From Squalus acanthias (taxonomy: Eukaryota): DNA of 64,000 bases. Below the pieces are notes generated by a model. The model saw only the letters and a list, made by a program, of their open reading frames with translations. It made no database searches and was not told the origin of the DNA. A program made the translations under genes and the position numbers. The DNA lies in assembly GCA_030390025.1 (NCBI GenBank), contig CM059432.1:140742001-140806000 (forward strand), read 5' to 3'. Positions 37,790 to 50,463 of this stretch are shown one piece after another. Position 1 is the first letter of the stretch. Every line of letters starts with the position of its first letter.

Positions 37790-39010
37790 TGGTTTATGCT
37801 CCACACGAGCCTCCTCCCACCCTACCTCATCTCACCTTCTCAGCATATCCTTCTATTCCTTTCTCCCTCATGTGTTTATCCAGCTTCCCCTTAAATGCAT
37901 CTATGCTATTCGCTTCAACTACTCCTTGTGGTAGCGTGTTCCACATTCTAACCACTGTCTGGGTAAAGAAGTTTCTCCTGAATTCCCTATTGGATTTATT
38001 AGTGACTATCTTATATTTATGGCCCCTCATTTTGGTCTCCCCCACAAATGAAAACATCGGGGGTGATTTTCTCAATGGGGAGCTTTTGGAGGCGGGACTC
38101 CCACTTGTCGGATTTTAGTCCCGCCTCCAACAACTTCTGGCCAACCCACGCTATTTTCCCTTGATTGACCTTGTTAAGCCCGCCCAGCGGGCTGAGCAGG
38201 CCAATTAAGGGAAAGCCGGTTGCAGAGAACGTCAACGTATGACATTTCATCTGTCAAAAGTTTTTGACAGATGAATTGTCATCGTTTGACAGCTCGGTGA
38301 AGCTGTCAAACACTGACATTCTCTGTAGTTTGATGAGGTCTTGAATTCAAGACCTCATCAAACCTCTTTCTTTTGCAGAAATGAGGTGGTTGTTGCATCT
38401 GTGAATGCAACGGCCACCTGTCATCTCTATCACGGAGGTCCGAGACTCTCCGCATCCCCACCGACTGAAGCCTGCAGGAAGAAACAAAGGTAAGTACACT
38501 TTTACTAACACTTTGCACTTACCTCAGATACTCACCTCTCCACTCTTGCACCCATCACTCACCTCCACAGCACAATTTTGCACCCCCCCCCCCGCCGACC
38601 CCCGCAGACCCAGTACTCGCCTCGCTGAGCTGGCGGGTTTCGGAGCCTTCAGGAAGCCCGCACTTGTGAGGGCAAAAAGGGGATAATCCTATTTTCTGCC
38701 TGTTAACTACCTGTTAACAGGCAGTTAAGTGGCTGTAATCCCTTCCCCCATCCAAGGAGACGGGACCCGGTGCGGGACGGCTACCCGCCTCCTGGGAAGA
38801 TGGCACGGAGGTGGGTTGGGGGCTGGTTGGGCACCCGCCCCCAAATTCTGCCATTTTCCCGGCAGTCCCGCCTCCATACCCGCCTCCCCAGGGCTGGCAA
38901 AATCGCCCCCATCTTCTCTATGTGTACCCTATCATAATTTTAAAGACCTCTATTAGGTTGCCTCTCAGTCTTCACTTTTCTAGAAAAAAGCGTCTCAGCC
39001 TCTTCAGTCT
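37790..39010 (-). mobile_element. CR1 3' fragment hosting MITE 38059-38910
   Basis: RNFFTQTVVRMWNTLP; CR1 sequence resumes after 38910. Confidence 0.85.
38059..38910. mobile_element. Harbinger-type non-autonomous element
   Basis: TIR GGGGG(T/C)GATTTT; TSD ATC; internal palindromes; related to 45741-46618. Confidence 0.85.
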
Positions 39011-39379
39011 TTCACTTTTGTGAATACTCCTAACTTCCTGTATAGCAAGCCAAGCAGCTTGAATTCCTGATATGGAAAAAAATACATAAACCTTCGAGCA
39101 GCCAGCATGGGCTGGAAAAATGCATCTCCGCTGCCAAATGACTTAATGCAGCAGGTGGAGGTGGAGAAACCACTGCAAACAATCCCCAAAGTCAGCAAAA
39201 TCCATAGAATTCCCATATTTATATTGGGTCAAATTAACTGGAAAAAGGAAAATGAAAGCGACGGCGAGCGCCAATACAGGGCTGGTTCGTAATCCAAAAT
39301 TTGAAATATTTTAAGTTCATTCCCCAGAATGCAGTTGCAGATACAGTAAATGGATTGCAATCTGGTCTGGAAGGAAAGA

Positions 39380-39617
39380 AATAAAGAGTTGCATTCATAC
39401 TGTGCCTTTCTGAAATGTGGTCACTGTTGTAATGTAGGGAAACGTGGCAGCCAATTTGCGCACAGCAAGGTCCCATAAACAGCAATGATATAGTCTAATT
39501 ATGGTGCTGCTTGAGAGATAAATATTGGTCAGGACACCGGGGAGAACTTCCCTGCTCTTCTTCGAAATAGTACCGCAGTGAAGTGTTAGCCTAGAGTTTG
39601 TGCTCAAGTCTCTGGAG
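39380..39617 (-). mobile_element. SacSINE1-like SINE, internally deleted
   Basis: Reverse-complement match to the Deu-type core. Confidence 0.7.
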
Positions 39618-41015
39618 TGTCTCTACAGACACTTTGGGTTTGGCAAATGGCCTTTGGCTCCCAGTGGGAACCATCAGGTCTACTCTCTCGTTGATTGGTG
39701 GCCAACTTGAACCTGTGCCCAGTACCAGTGGCATGATCAGAGTCATCCAACATGATGCAGATTCTTCTCAAGATTCCCATGTCAGGCCCTCCCATCAAGT
39801 CCCCTCAGAGACCTACAGAAAAGCATCTGAGAGCAGGGCCAGGCTACCCCAGCAGTCAGTTACACAAGAGAAGCAGCTCAGAGCGGGTCCTTCCCAAGAC
39901 CCAGCTCTCATCAAGGCCCACCGCAGTCCTAAGAGGCCCTTGTTCCATGCGTGCAACCAGCCATGTGTTGCAACACTTGTCTTCAGGTTGCACCTAGAGG
40001 CAGCACTAGGTTAAGCCGTAGCAACGCCTGCCTAGGCAACCAGGGGGAAAGAAACATGATGATTAAAAAGTAGAGACTTTTATGAACTGTGTCCAGAAGA
40101 GTAATTATTAAACAGATGTTGATGTTTGCATTGGCTCCGTTGTTCAATGAGCACATTAAGTTTCATGAGTTCTTGTTGTGCTGAATTGGCATGATTGGTT
40201 TGTGAGACCCAAAACCAGATGTTTTCACATGAAAGGACTGGACAGCTATGAACACTGGGGAGGTGTTGTGATGGTTGTGTGGTCAGGGGAGTAATGTTAA
40301 TCATATGAGAACGTACATCTAATAATCTACCTACCTATTTCCCTGGCAGCTGTGATCACAGTCTCCTCTGAATCAAGATCATCTTGATCTTGGCTTCCAG
40401 ATGCCTCCACCTTCGCAGAGAACTCCCCTGCTCTTCTTCCACCGGTGCCGCAGGATCTTTTGCGTCCACCTGAGAACGCAGGCGGAGTTTAATGCCTCCT
40501 CCCAAGGACTCACTGAAGATTGATTTGTCCAAGCCAACAGCAAGTATGGATAGAGAACAAAAGGGAATCTTTAGCAGAACTTGTAGCAGAACTTCCCGCA
40601 GAAGAAGAATGGTTGGAAACAATCATACAGGATCGGCAGAGGCAATGAGATGTGGCCCAAAAAATTTGAGTACGCGTTTAGCAATGCAAGTCTTTTCTGG
40701 AAAATTGGTGGAAAAATAGGATCAGGGAGAATCATGTGGTCTGTCCCCATAGAGGCTGAAAGGTCATCCCGCAACCTCAAAGACAAAGACCATGATTGTT
40801 GGGAGGCTATTCACGGGAGCAAGGACAGTTAAGGGTGTCTTTTTAATGTATATAAGGAAAACGTAAAGCATAGATTATTAGAAAATTCTCGGAGCAGAAT
40901 GGGACATGCTCAAGGCAAGGCAATCCAAGCCTGATCACCTTGGAACCTTGTAGATATTACCAGGTTGTATTTCAACGTATTACTCATTGTGTTGACCTTT
41001 GTATTGTAACTTCAG

Positions 41016-41390
41016 TGTCCACCGTGGCTCAGTGGGCAGCACTCTCGCCTCTGAGTCAGAAGGTTGTGGGTTCATAGACACTCCAGTGCAGTGCTGGCTT
41101 TCGGATGAGATGTTAAACTGAGGCCCTCGCCTGCCCTCTCAGGTGGATGTAAAAGATCCCATGGCACTATTTTGAAGAAGAGCAGGGGAGTCCTGGCCAA
41201 TATTTATCCCTCAATCAACACCACTAAAACTGATTATCTGTTCAGTATCACATTGCTGTTTGCGGGAGCTTGCTGTGCGTAAATTGACTGCGGTGTTTCC
41301 TACATTACAACAGTGAGAACACTTCAAATGTAAAGTGCTTTGGGATGTCCTGAGGTCATGAAAGGCGCGATCTAAATGCAAGTTCTTTTT
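41016..41390 (+). mobile_element. SacSINE1-like SINE, internally deleted
   Basis: Head, core and tail match 24972-25447. Confidence 0.82.
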
Positions 41391-42811
41391 TTTTGCATTA
41401 CTTCTTGTATTGTAGTCTCTTTTGTAACTGTAATAAACAGATATACTGTGGGACAGGACTCCCTCCAGTGTCTGAGTATCATGGAACAAATCTAATATAA
41501 ATCACTTACGGCAATAAAAAATCCGCTTGGATTTTAACTCCCATCCCACCAGGCAGAGGGAAGGGAGGACACTCAATATGGGTAGTTAAAATTGCATCGA
41601 GGTCCTAATGACATCATAGGATCCTAATTTGCATCAGTTCCAACGATTAGGGAGTCCATATTAATATCGGCCTGTAATTTGCGGCATCGGCGAAACAAAG
41701 GTGTCTGCCACCGGCCCCGAAGGAAGCTGCCCACAAAGATCTTGTGATCTCTGTGGCGAGAAGTTTTGGCTTTTTCGACATTCAACTGAGGCCCGTGCAG
41801 TATAGCAGGGAATTCCCTGTGATGGCAACAAGCTGTCTCAGCAGCCAATCACAGTGCAGAATTCTGACAGACAGGGAACCAGGAAGTGAAGAAGTTGCTT
41901 TTATTCAGACTTTTAAAAAATGTTACAGAGAGCAAAAACAAAAGATTGGGGCTCCCACACGGGGGGAAAAGGTTAACCTGAAATAAATATGAACAAACTT
42001 TTCAAAAGTATTGGCCCAAAAATTTTGCGATCGGATGCCACCGACCTGTAAAAAATCTACGAATTTACCTGGTGGCCGGTGAGATACGGAGACTTGAGAT
42101 CCTGGGCCTCTCCGGGTACGCGCGGGCAGAATCCCACGTATCCCAGGGACGCAGGCGGTTCGCAAGCGCCCCGGCATCACGTGGGCCGGCCCAACCAATA
42201 TAACAAGGGAATCCCCATTCATACTTATGGGAGTTGCGTACGTACGGAAACCCCATAAGTATGAATGGGGATCACTTAAAAAGTACACCAACACATGAAA
42301 TAAATAAGAAAAAAATTCCATATTTAAAATTAATTAAAATGGCATTTAATTAAATATTTTAAAGAATTTTTTTTAATTTAATGTATATGTTTTAACGGGG
42401 CTAAAAATAAACTTACCTTTTTGGACAGGGTTTTTAATGCATAAATGAGTGATAACATTTTATTTTTCTATTTTTTAAAACTCTTATGCTGCTAAAAGCA
42501 GGCCTTCCGCAGGCGTAAGGATTTCACGGGCATTCAGCGGGCGGAAGTTGGGCAAATAGCGCAACTCTCCACCCGCAGAGGCCCTTCTCCCAGGGATGCG
42601 GAGGATCTGTCGCACGCACCCGTAGGGATCGCAAAATACGTCCCATAATTTTTTTAAAGTATTTTTTTAAATTGTCGTTTTTATTATAAAGGAGAAATTT
42701 GACACTCCACAAAATTAAAATTAGTTTTTCAGGACCATAACATTTGTTTAACAGTCAATACACTGTTAAAACCCCAGTTGCACCTAAACCGACAAGGTCT
42801 AACTTTTAATG

Positions 42812-43012
42812 TGAGAAGTCGCACAACACCAGGTTATAGTCCAACAGCTTTATTTGAAATCACAAGCTTTCGGAGCGGCTGCTCACTTCGTCAGGTGAAG
42901 GAGCAGCGCTCCGAAAGCTTGTGATTTCAAATAAAACTGTTGGACTATAACCTGGTGTTGTGCGACTTCTCACTTTTGTCCACTCCAGTGCAACACCGGC
43001 ATCTCCGCATCA
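42812..43012 (-). mobile_element. Penelope-like mini fold-back (201 bp) with hammerhead
   Basis: TSD TAACTTTT(A/G)ATG 42800-11 / 43013-24; inverted arms; same tail as 7169-7200. Confidence 0.88.
42860..42898 (-). ncRNA. Minimal hammerhead ribozyme
   Basis: Minus strand UCAC-CUGACGA-A-GUGAGC-AGCC-GCUCC-GAAA-GC-UU-GUGA (one extra base in helix II). Confidence 0.7.
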
Positions 43013-43289
43013 TAACTTTTGATGGGGTATTTAACAGCGATATTACCGCGGAAAAGTCGAAGTTTTCGTCAGTTTCCCTGATTTGACAAATTACACTGAT
43101 TACTGACTGTGGGGCGGGTACAGCACAGCCAGTGTCGGAGCAGTGAATGACTGACCACAACTTCAGGATTTCTGCGTTAGGATGTGCATGCACTACATCC
43201 TGAAGTTGTGGTCAGTGTCAAAAGGGTAATAACAGTGAACGCTGTTCGTTCGCTGTTATTACCCACCACAAATTCCGGGCCAATATTGC

Positions 43290-43790
43290 TTCCAGTTTTT
43301 GGGTTCGCTATTTTAGGGAGGAAAGAAGAGACTCATTAAGGTGATACCAGGGATGAGTGGCTTTAATTACGAGGGAAGGCTAGAGAAACTCAAGGCTATT
43401 TTCACTGGAACAGAGAAAGTTACGAGAATATCTGATAGAGGTGTTCAAAATGATGAGAAATGTTGACAAGGTAAATAGGGAAGAATTATTTCCATTGGTT
43501 GGTGAGTCAGTAACTACAGGGTATAAAGTTCATCACCAAATGAGAAAAGGGAGAGATTTTGCACAGAGGGTTTTTACAATGTGGAATGCCCAATCAGAAA
43601 CTGTGGTGGAAGCAGATTCAATAATAGCTTTTACAAAGGAAGGGGATAAATATTTGGAAAATAATTTTGTTTTTAGGCGTATGGGGAAAGAGCAGGGGAT
43701 TGAAACTAAGTGCGTAGCTCATTCAGTGAGCCGGCACAGGCACAATGGGCCAAATGAACTCCTTCTGTGCTCTACAGTCCTATGATTCAA
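43290..43790 (+). mobile_element. Old CR1 3' fragment
   Basis: FKMMRNVDKVNREELFP...WNA. Confidence 0.75.
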
Positions 43791-44165
43791 TTTGGTAAAA
43801 AAAATAGCACACACAGGGTAGATGGTACCCAGTGTTGAAAGCAATCCATGAACGATTTCTATAGGGAAGAAAGCAAAGGAGGGGGCGGGAGGGATAGCAA
43901 GGGGAAGGTGTTACCTGGATAGCAGACACTACAATAATATTCCACACGAAGAGCTTTGATTCCTATTTGGCAACATAATATGTAAGTTTATCCTGTTTCA
44001 GTTCATGCTAAAAGTATCTTCATTCATTGAGACAAATAAAAGCCAGTACTTGTTTCTTCATAACAGCGTATTTGACTGAAGAAATTGCAATGTACTGACT
44101 TACCCACCAAAAGAATATGGAGAAGAACACACTTTATGAAGGACATCAAGGCCTTGGAGAAGGTG

Positions 44166-44343
44166 TGATGCGGAGATGCCGGTGTTGGACTGGGGTGGAC
44201 AAAAGTGAGAAGTCGCACAACACCAGGTTATAGTCCAACAGTTTTACTTCACCTTCACCTGACGAAGGAGCAGCAGCTCCGAAAGCTTGTGATTTCAAAT
44301 AAAACTGTTGGACTATAACCTGGTGTTGTGCGACTTCTCACTT
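44166..44343 (+). mobile_element. Penelope-like mini fold-back (178 bp) with hammerhead, inserted in a CR1 fragment
   Basis: TSD TTGGAGAAGGTG 44154-65 / 44344-55; 47-bp perfect inverted repeat 44200-44246 / 44300-44346. Confidence 0.9.
44255..44292 (+). ncRNA. Minimal type I hammerhead ribozyme
   Basis: UCAC-CUGACGA-A-GGAGC-AGCA-GCUCC-GAAA-GC-UU-GUGA. Confidence 0.82.
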
Positions 44344-44411
44344 TTGGAGAAGGTGCAGAAGAGATTTACTACATTGGTGCCTGGGCTGAGGGATTTCAGT
44401 AACGTGGAGAG

Positions 44412-47400
44412 ATGAGAGTGGGGGGTGGGAGGATTCAGGAAAGAGTAAATTTAAAAGCAGCGAGAGCAATGTCAAGGCTCTGGAGCAGAGCAGAGTTTTG
44501 GGTAAAAAAAAAGCAGAGTGGGTCAGGAAGGGACAGAGAGAGTAACAAAGGTAATAAGGCATCAGTGACTAAGGTGACATCAGGGAAAAATAGAAATAAG
44601 TCAAAGCTAAAGGCACTATATCTGAATGAGCGAAGCGTTCGCAACAAAATAGATGAATTAATAGGTTTGATCTAATAGCCATAACGGAGACTCAGTTGCA
44701 AAGTGGTCAAGGTTGGGAACTAAATATTCCAGGATACTTAACTTTTAGAAGAGTTAGGCAAAATGGAAAAGGAGGGGTGGTAGCCCTGATAATAAAATAG
44801 AGAGAAAGGATCTTAGCTCCGAAAATCAAGAAGTAGAATCCGTTTGGGTGGAGCTAAGAAACAGCAAATTGCAGAAAACATTGGTGGGAGTTGTTTATAC
44901 GCCCCCAAACAGTAGTTGTAATGTAGGGCAGAGTATAAATCAGGAAATTAGAGGCGCATGTAACAAAGGTAATACAGTAATCATGGGGGACTTTAATCTA
45001 CATATAGACTGGGCAAACCAAATTTGCAGTAATATGGAGGATGAATTCATGGAATGTATACAAGATAGTTTTCTAGATCAGTATGTTGAGGAACCAACTA
45101 GGGAACAGGCTATTTTAGATCTAGTATTGTGCAATGAGAAAGGGTTAATTAATAACCTTGTAGTAAAGAGGCCTTTAGGGAAAAGTGACCATAATATGAT
45201 AGAATTTTATATTGAGTTTGAAAGTGATTTAGTTAAATCCGAAACTAGGGTCTTAAATCTAAACAAAGCAAACTACGTAGGTATGAGGGGGCGAGTTAGC
45301 TAAGGTAGATTAGGAAACTACATTAAAAGATATGACGGTAGAGAAGCAATGGCGAGCATTTAAAGAATTAATACATAATTTACAACAAATATACATTCCT
45401 TTAAGGCACAAAAACCCCACAGGAAAAGTGGTCCAACCGTGGCTAACAAGAGAAGTTAAAGAGCGTATTAGAGCAAAGGAAGAGGCTTATAATGTTGCCA
45501 AAAAGAGTTGTAAGCCTGAGGATTTTAGAATTCAGCAAAGGAGGGTCAAGAAATTGATAAAGAAAGGGAAAATAGAATGAGAGTAAACTAGCGAGAGACA
45601 TAAAAACAGACTGTAAAAGCTTCTATAGGTATGTAAAAAGGAAAAGATTAGCAAAGGTAAATATGGGTCCCTTACAGGCTAAGACAGGAGAAATTATAAT
45701 GGGGAATAAGGAAATGGCAGAGAAATTAAACAAATACTTTGGGCTGGATTTTACCTTTCGATGTGCCTTGGGGACGGGCCAGCTGCCTTCTGGGTTTCGA
45801 TCCCGCCCCCAACGACGTCTGACGCACAGACGCTATTTTGCGTCAATTGGCCTTGTTAAGCCCGCCCTGCGGGCTTGCCGGCCAATTAAGAGAAAGCTGG
45901 TGTCAGATGACGTCAGTTGATGACGTGTCATCTGCCAGTTTTCTTAAAGGGGCCACACACAATTTTTTTTGACAGGTGATTTTTCAGTGTTTGACAGCAT
46001 TGAGGTGCTGCAAGCACTGACAATCACTGTACAAAGGTGAGCCCTTGCACCCAGACTCTCCAGTGACTCCCTCCTTAGGCTGGAACAGATGGCAACTGCA
46101 GGTGAGGTTACAGAAGCGATCTGTCACTGGTGAGAGAGGTTCTCCTAATGAGGTGGGGTTACACACACACTTCAAAACTTGTTACCTACAGAAAAGTCTA
46201 AATACATTAAAAATGATTTTCTCAACATTTTCTTACCTCTGAAACTCACCAGTGTACCATTGGATCCTTCACACCACTTCTGCAGCTGTCATCAATGAAG
46301 AAACATTACAGCAGACCCACAGCCCGCCACACTTACCCTGGCGTGGTGTCCGGACGTCGGGAAGTCCGCAGTAGACCTGTCAAAATTGGAAAAAGCCTCT
46401 TAACTGCCTGTTAACAACCTGTTAACAAGCAGTTAAGTGCCTATAAACCTATTCCTGCAGCTAGGTGTCGGGTCCATGCGCAAATCGGGGACCCAACACA
46501 CGGGCAGATTGTTTGGAGGCGGATTGACAGCGGGTTGGGGACCCGCTGTCAATCTTTGCAATTTTGCTGGATGTCCTGCCTCCAAACACGCCCCCTGAGC
46601 GCTGGCAAAATTCCCCGCTTTGTGTCTGTCTTCACAGAAGAAGACGCAAAAAACTTCCCAGAAATAGTGAAGAACCAAGGGTCTAATGAGAATGAGGAAC
46701 TGAAAGAAATTAGTATTAGTAAAAAATAGTACTGGAGAAATTAATGGGACTGAAAGCCAATAAATCCCCTGGACCTGATGGCCTACAACCTAGGGTTTTG
46801 AAAGAGGTGGCTATAGAGATAGTGGATGCATTGGTTGTCATTTTCCAAAATTCCATAGATTCTAGAACGGTTCCCGCGGATTGGAAGGTAGCAAATGTAA
46901 CCCCACTATTTAAGAAAGGAGGGAGAGAGAAAACTGGGAACTACAGACCAGTTAGCCTGACATCAGTAGTAGGGAAAATGCTAGAATCTATTATTAAGGA
47001 CGTGGTAACAGGGCACTTAGAAAATAATAATAGGATTGGGCAGAGTCAACACAGATTTATGAAAGGGAAATCGTGTTTGACAAATCTGAGAAAACAGAGA
47101 GTAGGAATAAACGGGTCATTTTCGGGTTGGCAGGCTGTAACTAGAGGGATACCACAAGGATCAGTGGTTGGGCCTCAGCTATTCACAATCTACATCAATG
47201 ATTTGGATGAGGGGACCAAATATAATATATCCAAGTTTGCTGATGATACAAAGCTGGGTGGGAATGTAAGTTGTGAGGAGGATGCAAGGAGGCTTCAAGG
47301 GGATATAGACAAGCTAAGTGAGTGGGCAAGAACATGGCAATGGAATATAATGTGGAGAAATGTGAAGTTATCCACTTTAGTAGGAAAAATAGAAAAGCAG

Positions 47401-48172
47401 AGTATTTTTTAAATGGTGAGAGATTGGGAAATGTTGGTGTTCAGAGGGACCTGGGTGTCCTTGTACACGAATCACTGAAAGTTAACAAGCAGGTACAGCA
47501 AGCAATTAGGAAAGCAAATGGTATGTTGGCCTTTATTACAAGAGGATTAGCGTATAAGAGTAAAGACGCCTTACTGCAATTATATAGGACCCTGGTGAGA
47601 CCACACCTGGAGTATTGTGTACAGTTTTGGTCTCCTTACCTAAGGAAGGATATACTTGCCATAGAGGGAGTGCAACGAAGGTTCACCAGACTGGTTCCTG
47701 GGATGGGGGAATTGTCCTATGAGGACAGATTGAGTAGACTAGGCCTATATTCTCTAGAGTTTAGAAGAATGAGAGGTGATCTCATTGAAACATACAAAAT
47801 TCTTACAGGGCTTAACAGGGTAGATGCAGGGAGGATGTTTCCCCTGGCTGGGGAGTCTAGAACCAGGGGTCACAGTCTCAGAATAAGGGGTCGGCCATTT
47901 AGGACTGAGATGAGGAGAAATTTCTTCACTCAGAGGGTGGTGAATCTTTGGAATTCTCTACCCCAGAGGGCTGTGGAGGCTCAGTTGTTGAGTATTTTCA
48001 AGACAGAGATCGATAGATTTTTGAATATTAAGGGAATCATGGGATATGGGGATAGTGCAGGAAAGTGGAGTTGAGGTAGAAGATCAGCCATGATCTTATT
48101 GAATGGCAGAGCAGGCTCGAAGGGCCAAATGGCCTACTCCTGCTCCTATTTCTTATGTTCTTATGTTCTTAT
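44412..48172 (+). mobile_element. CR1 ORF2 remnant (same subfamily as 3130-4390) with MITE insertion and an internal RT deletion at ~47087
   Basis: ORFs 44848-48074; CLTNL joins directly to RKQRV; standard tail. Confidence 0.93.
45741..46618. mobile_element. Harbinger-type non-autonomous element
   Basis: TTT duplicated (host AAATACTTT|GTGTCTGTC); imperfect TIR GGGCTGGATTTTACC / GGCAAAATTCCCCGC. Confidence 0.78.
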
Positions 48173-49590
48173 GAGTGGCTGGGATTATTCTCCTTAGAGC
48201 AGAGAAGGTTAAGGGGAGATTTAATAGAGGTGTTCAAAATTATGAAGGGTTTTTATAGAGTAAATAAGGAGAAACTGTTTCTAGTGGCAGGAGGGTCAGT
48301 AACCAGAGGACACAGATTTAAGATAATTGGCAAGAGAACCAGAGGCGAGCTGAGGAGAATTTTTTTTACTCGGCGAGTTGGTGTGATCTGGAATGCGCTG
48401 CCTGAAAGGATAGTGGAAGCAGATTCAATAGTAGCTTTCAAAAGGTAGCGAGGATTTAGCTGAGGTTGAGAAGGAGGTCCCGCAGACATTGGTCCTGTCC
48501 AACAGGTACGATGTACTCGCTACCTGTGAGGACAAGGAGAAAGACTGCAGGGAGGACAGCCACAATGCAGACCAAGGCACCGTGGCTCAGAAGGCTATCC
48601 AAGGGGGGGAAGAGCAGAATAGAAATGTGGTATTGATAGGCGACTCTATAATTAGGGGGATAGATAGCGTACTCTGCAGCCAAGAACGAGAATCCCGAAG
48701 GATGTGTTGCCTACCTGGTGCCAGGGTAAGGGATATCTCACGGTGGCTGGAGAGGAACTTGGAAAGGGAGGGGGTAAATCCAGTTGTCGTGGTCCATGTT
48801 GGAACAAATTACATAGGTAGGAACAGGGAGGAGGTCCTGCTGAAAGAGTATCAGGAGTTAGGATCTAAATTAAAAAGCAGGACCTCGAGGGTAATAATCT
48901 CTGGATTATTGCCCGAGCCACATGCAAATTGGCATAGAAGCAGACAGATCAGGAGAATTAACATGTGGCTAAAGGGCTGGTGTGGGAAAGAGGGGTTCCT
49001 TTTCATGGGACACTGGCACCAGTTCTGGGACAGGAAGGAGCTGTGCCGATGAGAAGGGCTCCACCTGAACCGGGATGGGACCCGTGTCCTAACAGAAAGG
49101 GTAAATAGGGAGGTGGCAAAGGCTTTAAACTAGTAAGATGGGGGGAGGGATCTACAAGAAACGGAACCAGCCTAAATATAAACAAAACAGGAAAAGAGAG
49201 CATAGGAAAGAATAAAGTAAGGGAGGACATTGATGGCAAAGGAATAAATAGAGTTATAGAACAGGAGTCTAAAAAGATGGTTAAACATAATGTGAGAAGA
49301 AATCCTATTAAAATGAATTAAACTGTCTGTATAGCAATGCACACAGTGTCCGTAATAAAACAGGGGAGCTGGAGGCAGTCATACGTTGCGAGGAACCAGA
49401 CAGAGTAGGGATTACTGAGACATGGCTACAGAAAAATCAGGACTGGGAATTAAATATTGCAGGGTAGAACATATTTAGAAAAGACAGGGAGGGAAAAAGA
49501 GGAGGTGGAGTAGCTGTACATATTAGGGATAACATAACGGCAGTAGAAAAAAGTGACACCGATATCAGCAAGATAAAAATAGAATCCATA

Positions 49591-50030
49591 GGGCAACACG
49601 GTGGCATAGTGGTTAGCACTGGTGCCTCACAGCGCCAGGGACCCGGGTTCGAATCTGGCCTCGGGTGACTGTCTGTGTGGAGTTTGCACATTCTCCCCGT
49701 GTCTGCGTGGGTTTCCTCCGGGTGCTCCGGTTTCCTCCTACAGTCCAAAAATGTGCGGGTTAGGTTGATTTGGCTATGATAAATTGACCCTTAGTGTTAG
49801 GGGGGGATTAAAATATGTGGGGTTACGGGGATAGGATGGGATATGTTAGGGGGAATTAAATACGTGGGGTTACGGGGATATGGTGGGATATGTGTCGGTG
49901 CAGGGTCGATGGGGATTCTGTGTGAGAAAGCAGGGACAGGGTACTGGATTCGGATGATCAGCCATGATCGTATTGAATGGTGGAGCAGGCTCGACGGGCC
50001 GAATGGCCTACTCCTGCTCCTAGTTTCTAT
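49591..50030 (+). mobile_element. Full-length HE1-like V-SINE
   Basis: tRNA head (TGGCATAGTGG, GGTTCGAATC), V-domain, CR1-derived tail. Confidence 0.9.
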
Positions 50031-50463
50031 ATAAGAACATAAGAAATAGGAGCAGGAGTAGGCCAATCGGCCCCTCAAGCCTGCTCCGCCATTCAATAAG
50101 ATCATGGCTGATCTGATCCTAACCTCAAATCTAAAGAACACAAGAAGTAGGAGCAGGACCCGACCACTCAGCCCCTGGGCCCGCTCCGCCACCCACAGGG
50201 CCCTGACCGATTCGAACTCAGCCTCATGTCAAATTTCCTGCCCGCTCACCATAACCCCTAATTCCCTTTACCTCTAGGAAACTATCTATTTCTGTTTTAA
50301 ATTTATTTAATGATGTAGCTTCCACAGCTTCCTGGGGCAGCAAATTCCACAGACCTACTACCCTCTGGGTGAAGAAGTTTCTCCTCATCTCAGTTTTGAA
50401 AGAGCAGCCCCTTATTCTAAGATTATGCCCCCTAGTTCTAGTTTCACCCATCCTTGGGAACAT
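50031..50463 (-). mobile_element. CR1 3' fragment with doubled 3'UTR
   Basis: Near-identical to 20155-20593. Confidence 0.9.

Larger units (their letters stand above)
41524..43281. mobile_element. Old Harbinger-like element hosting a second MITE (42013-42644) and a Penelope mini-hairpin
   Basis: Right end AAATTCCGGGCC; degenerate left end; inner element has TIR core ATTTTGCGATC at both ends. Confidence 0.55.

Noticed and set aside
40016..40040. RFX X-box-like motifs as a promoter
   Set aside because: Only partial matches with no other supporting features
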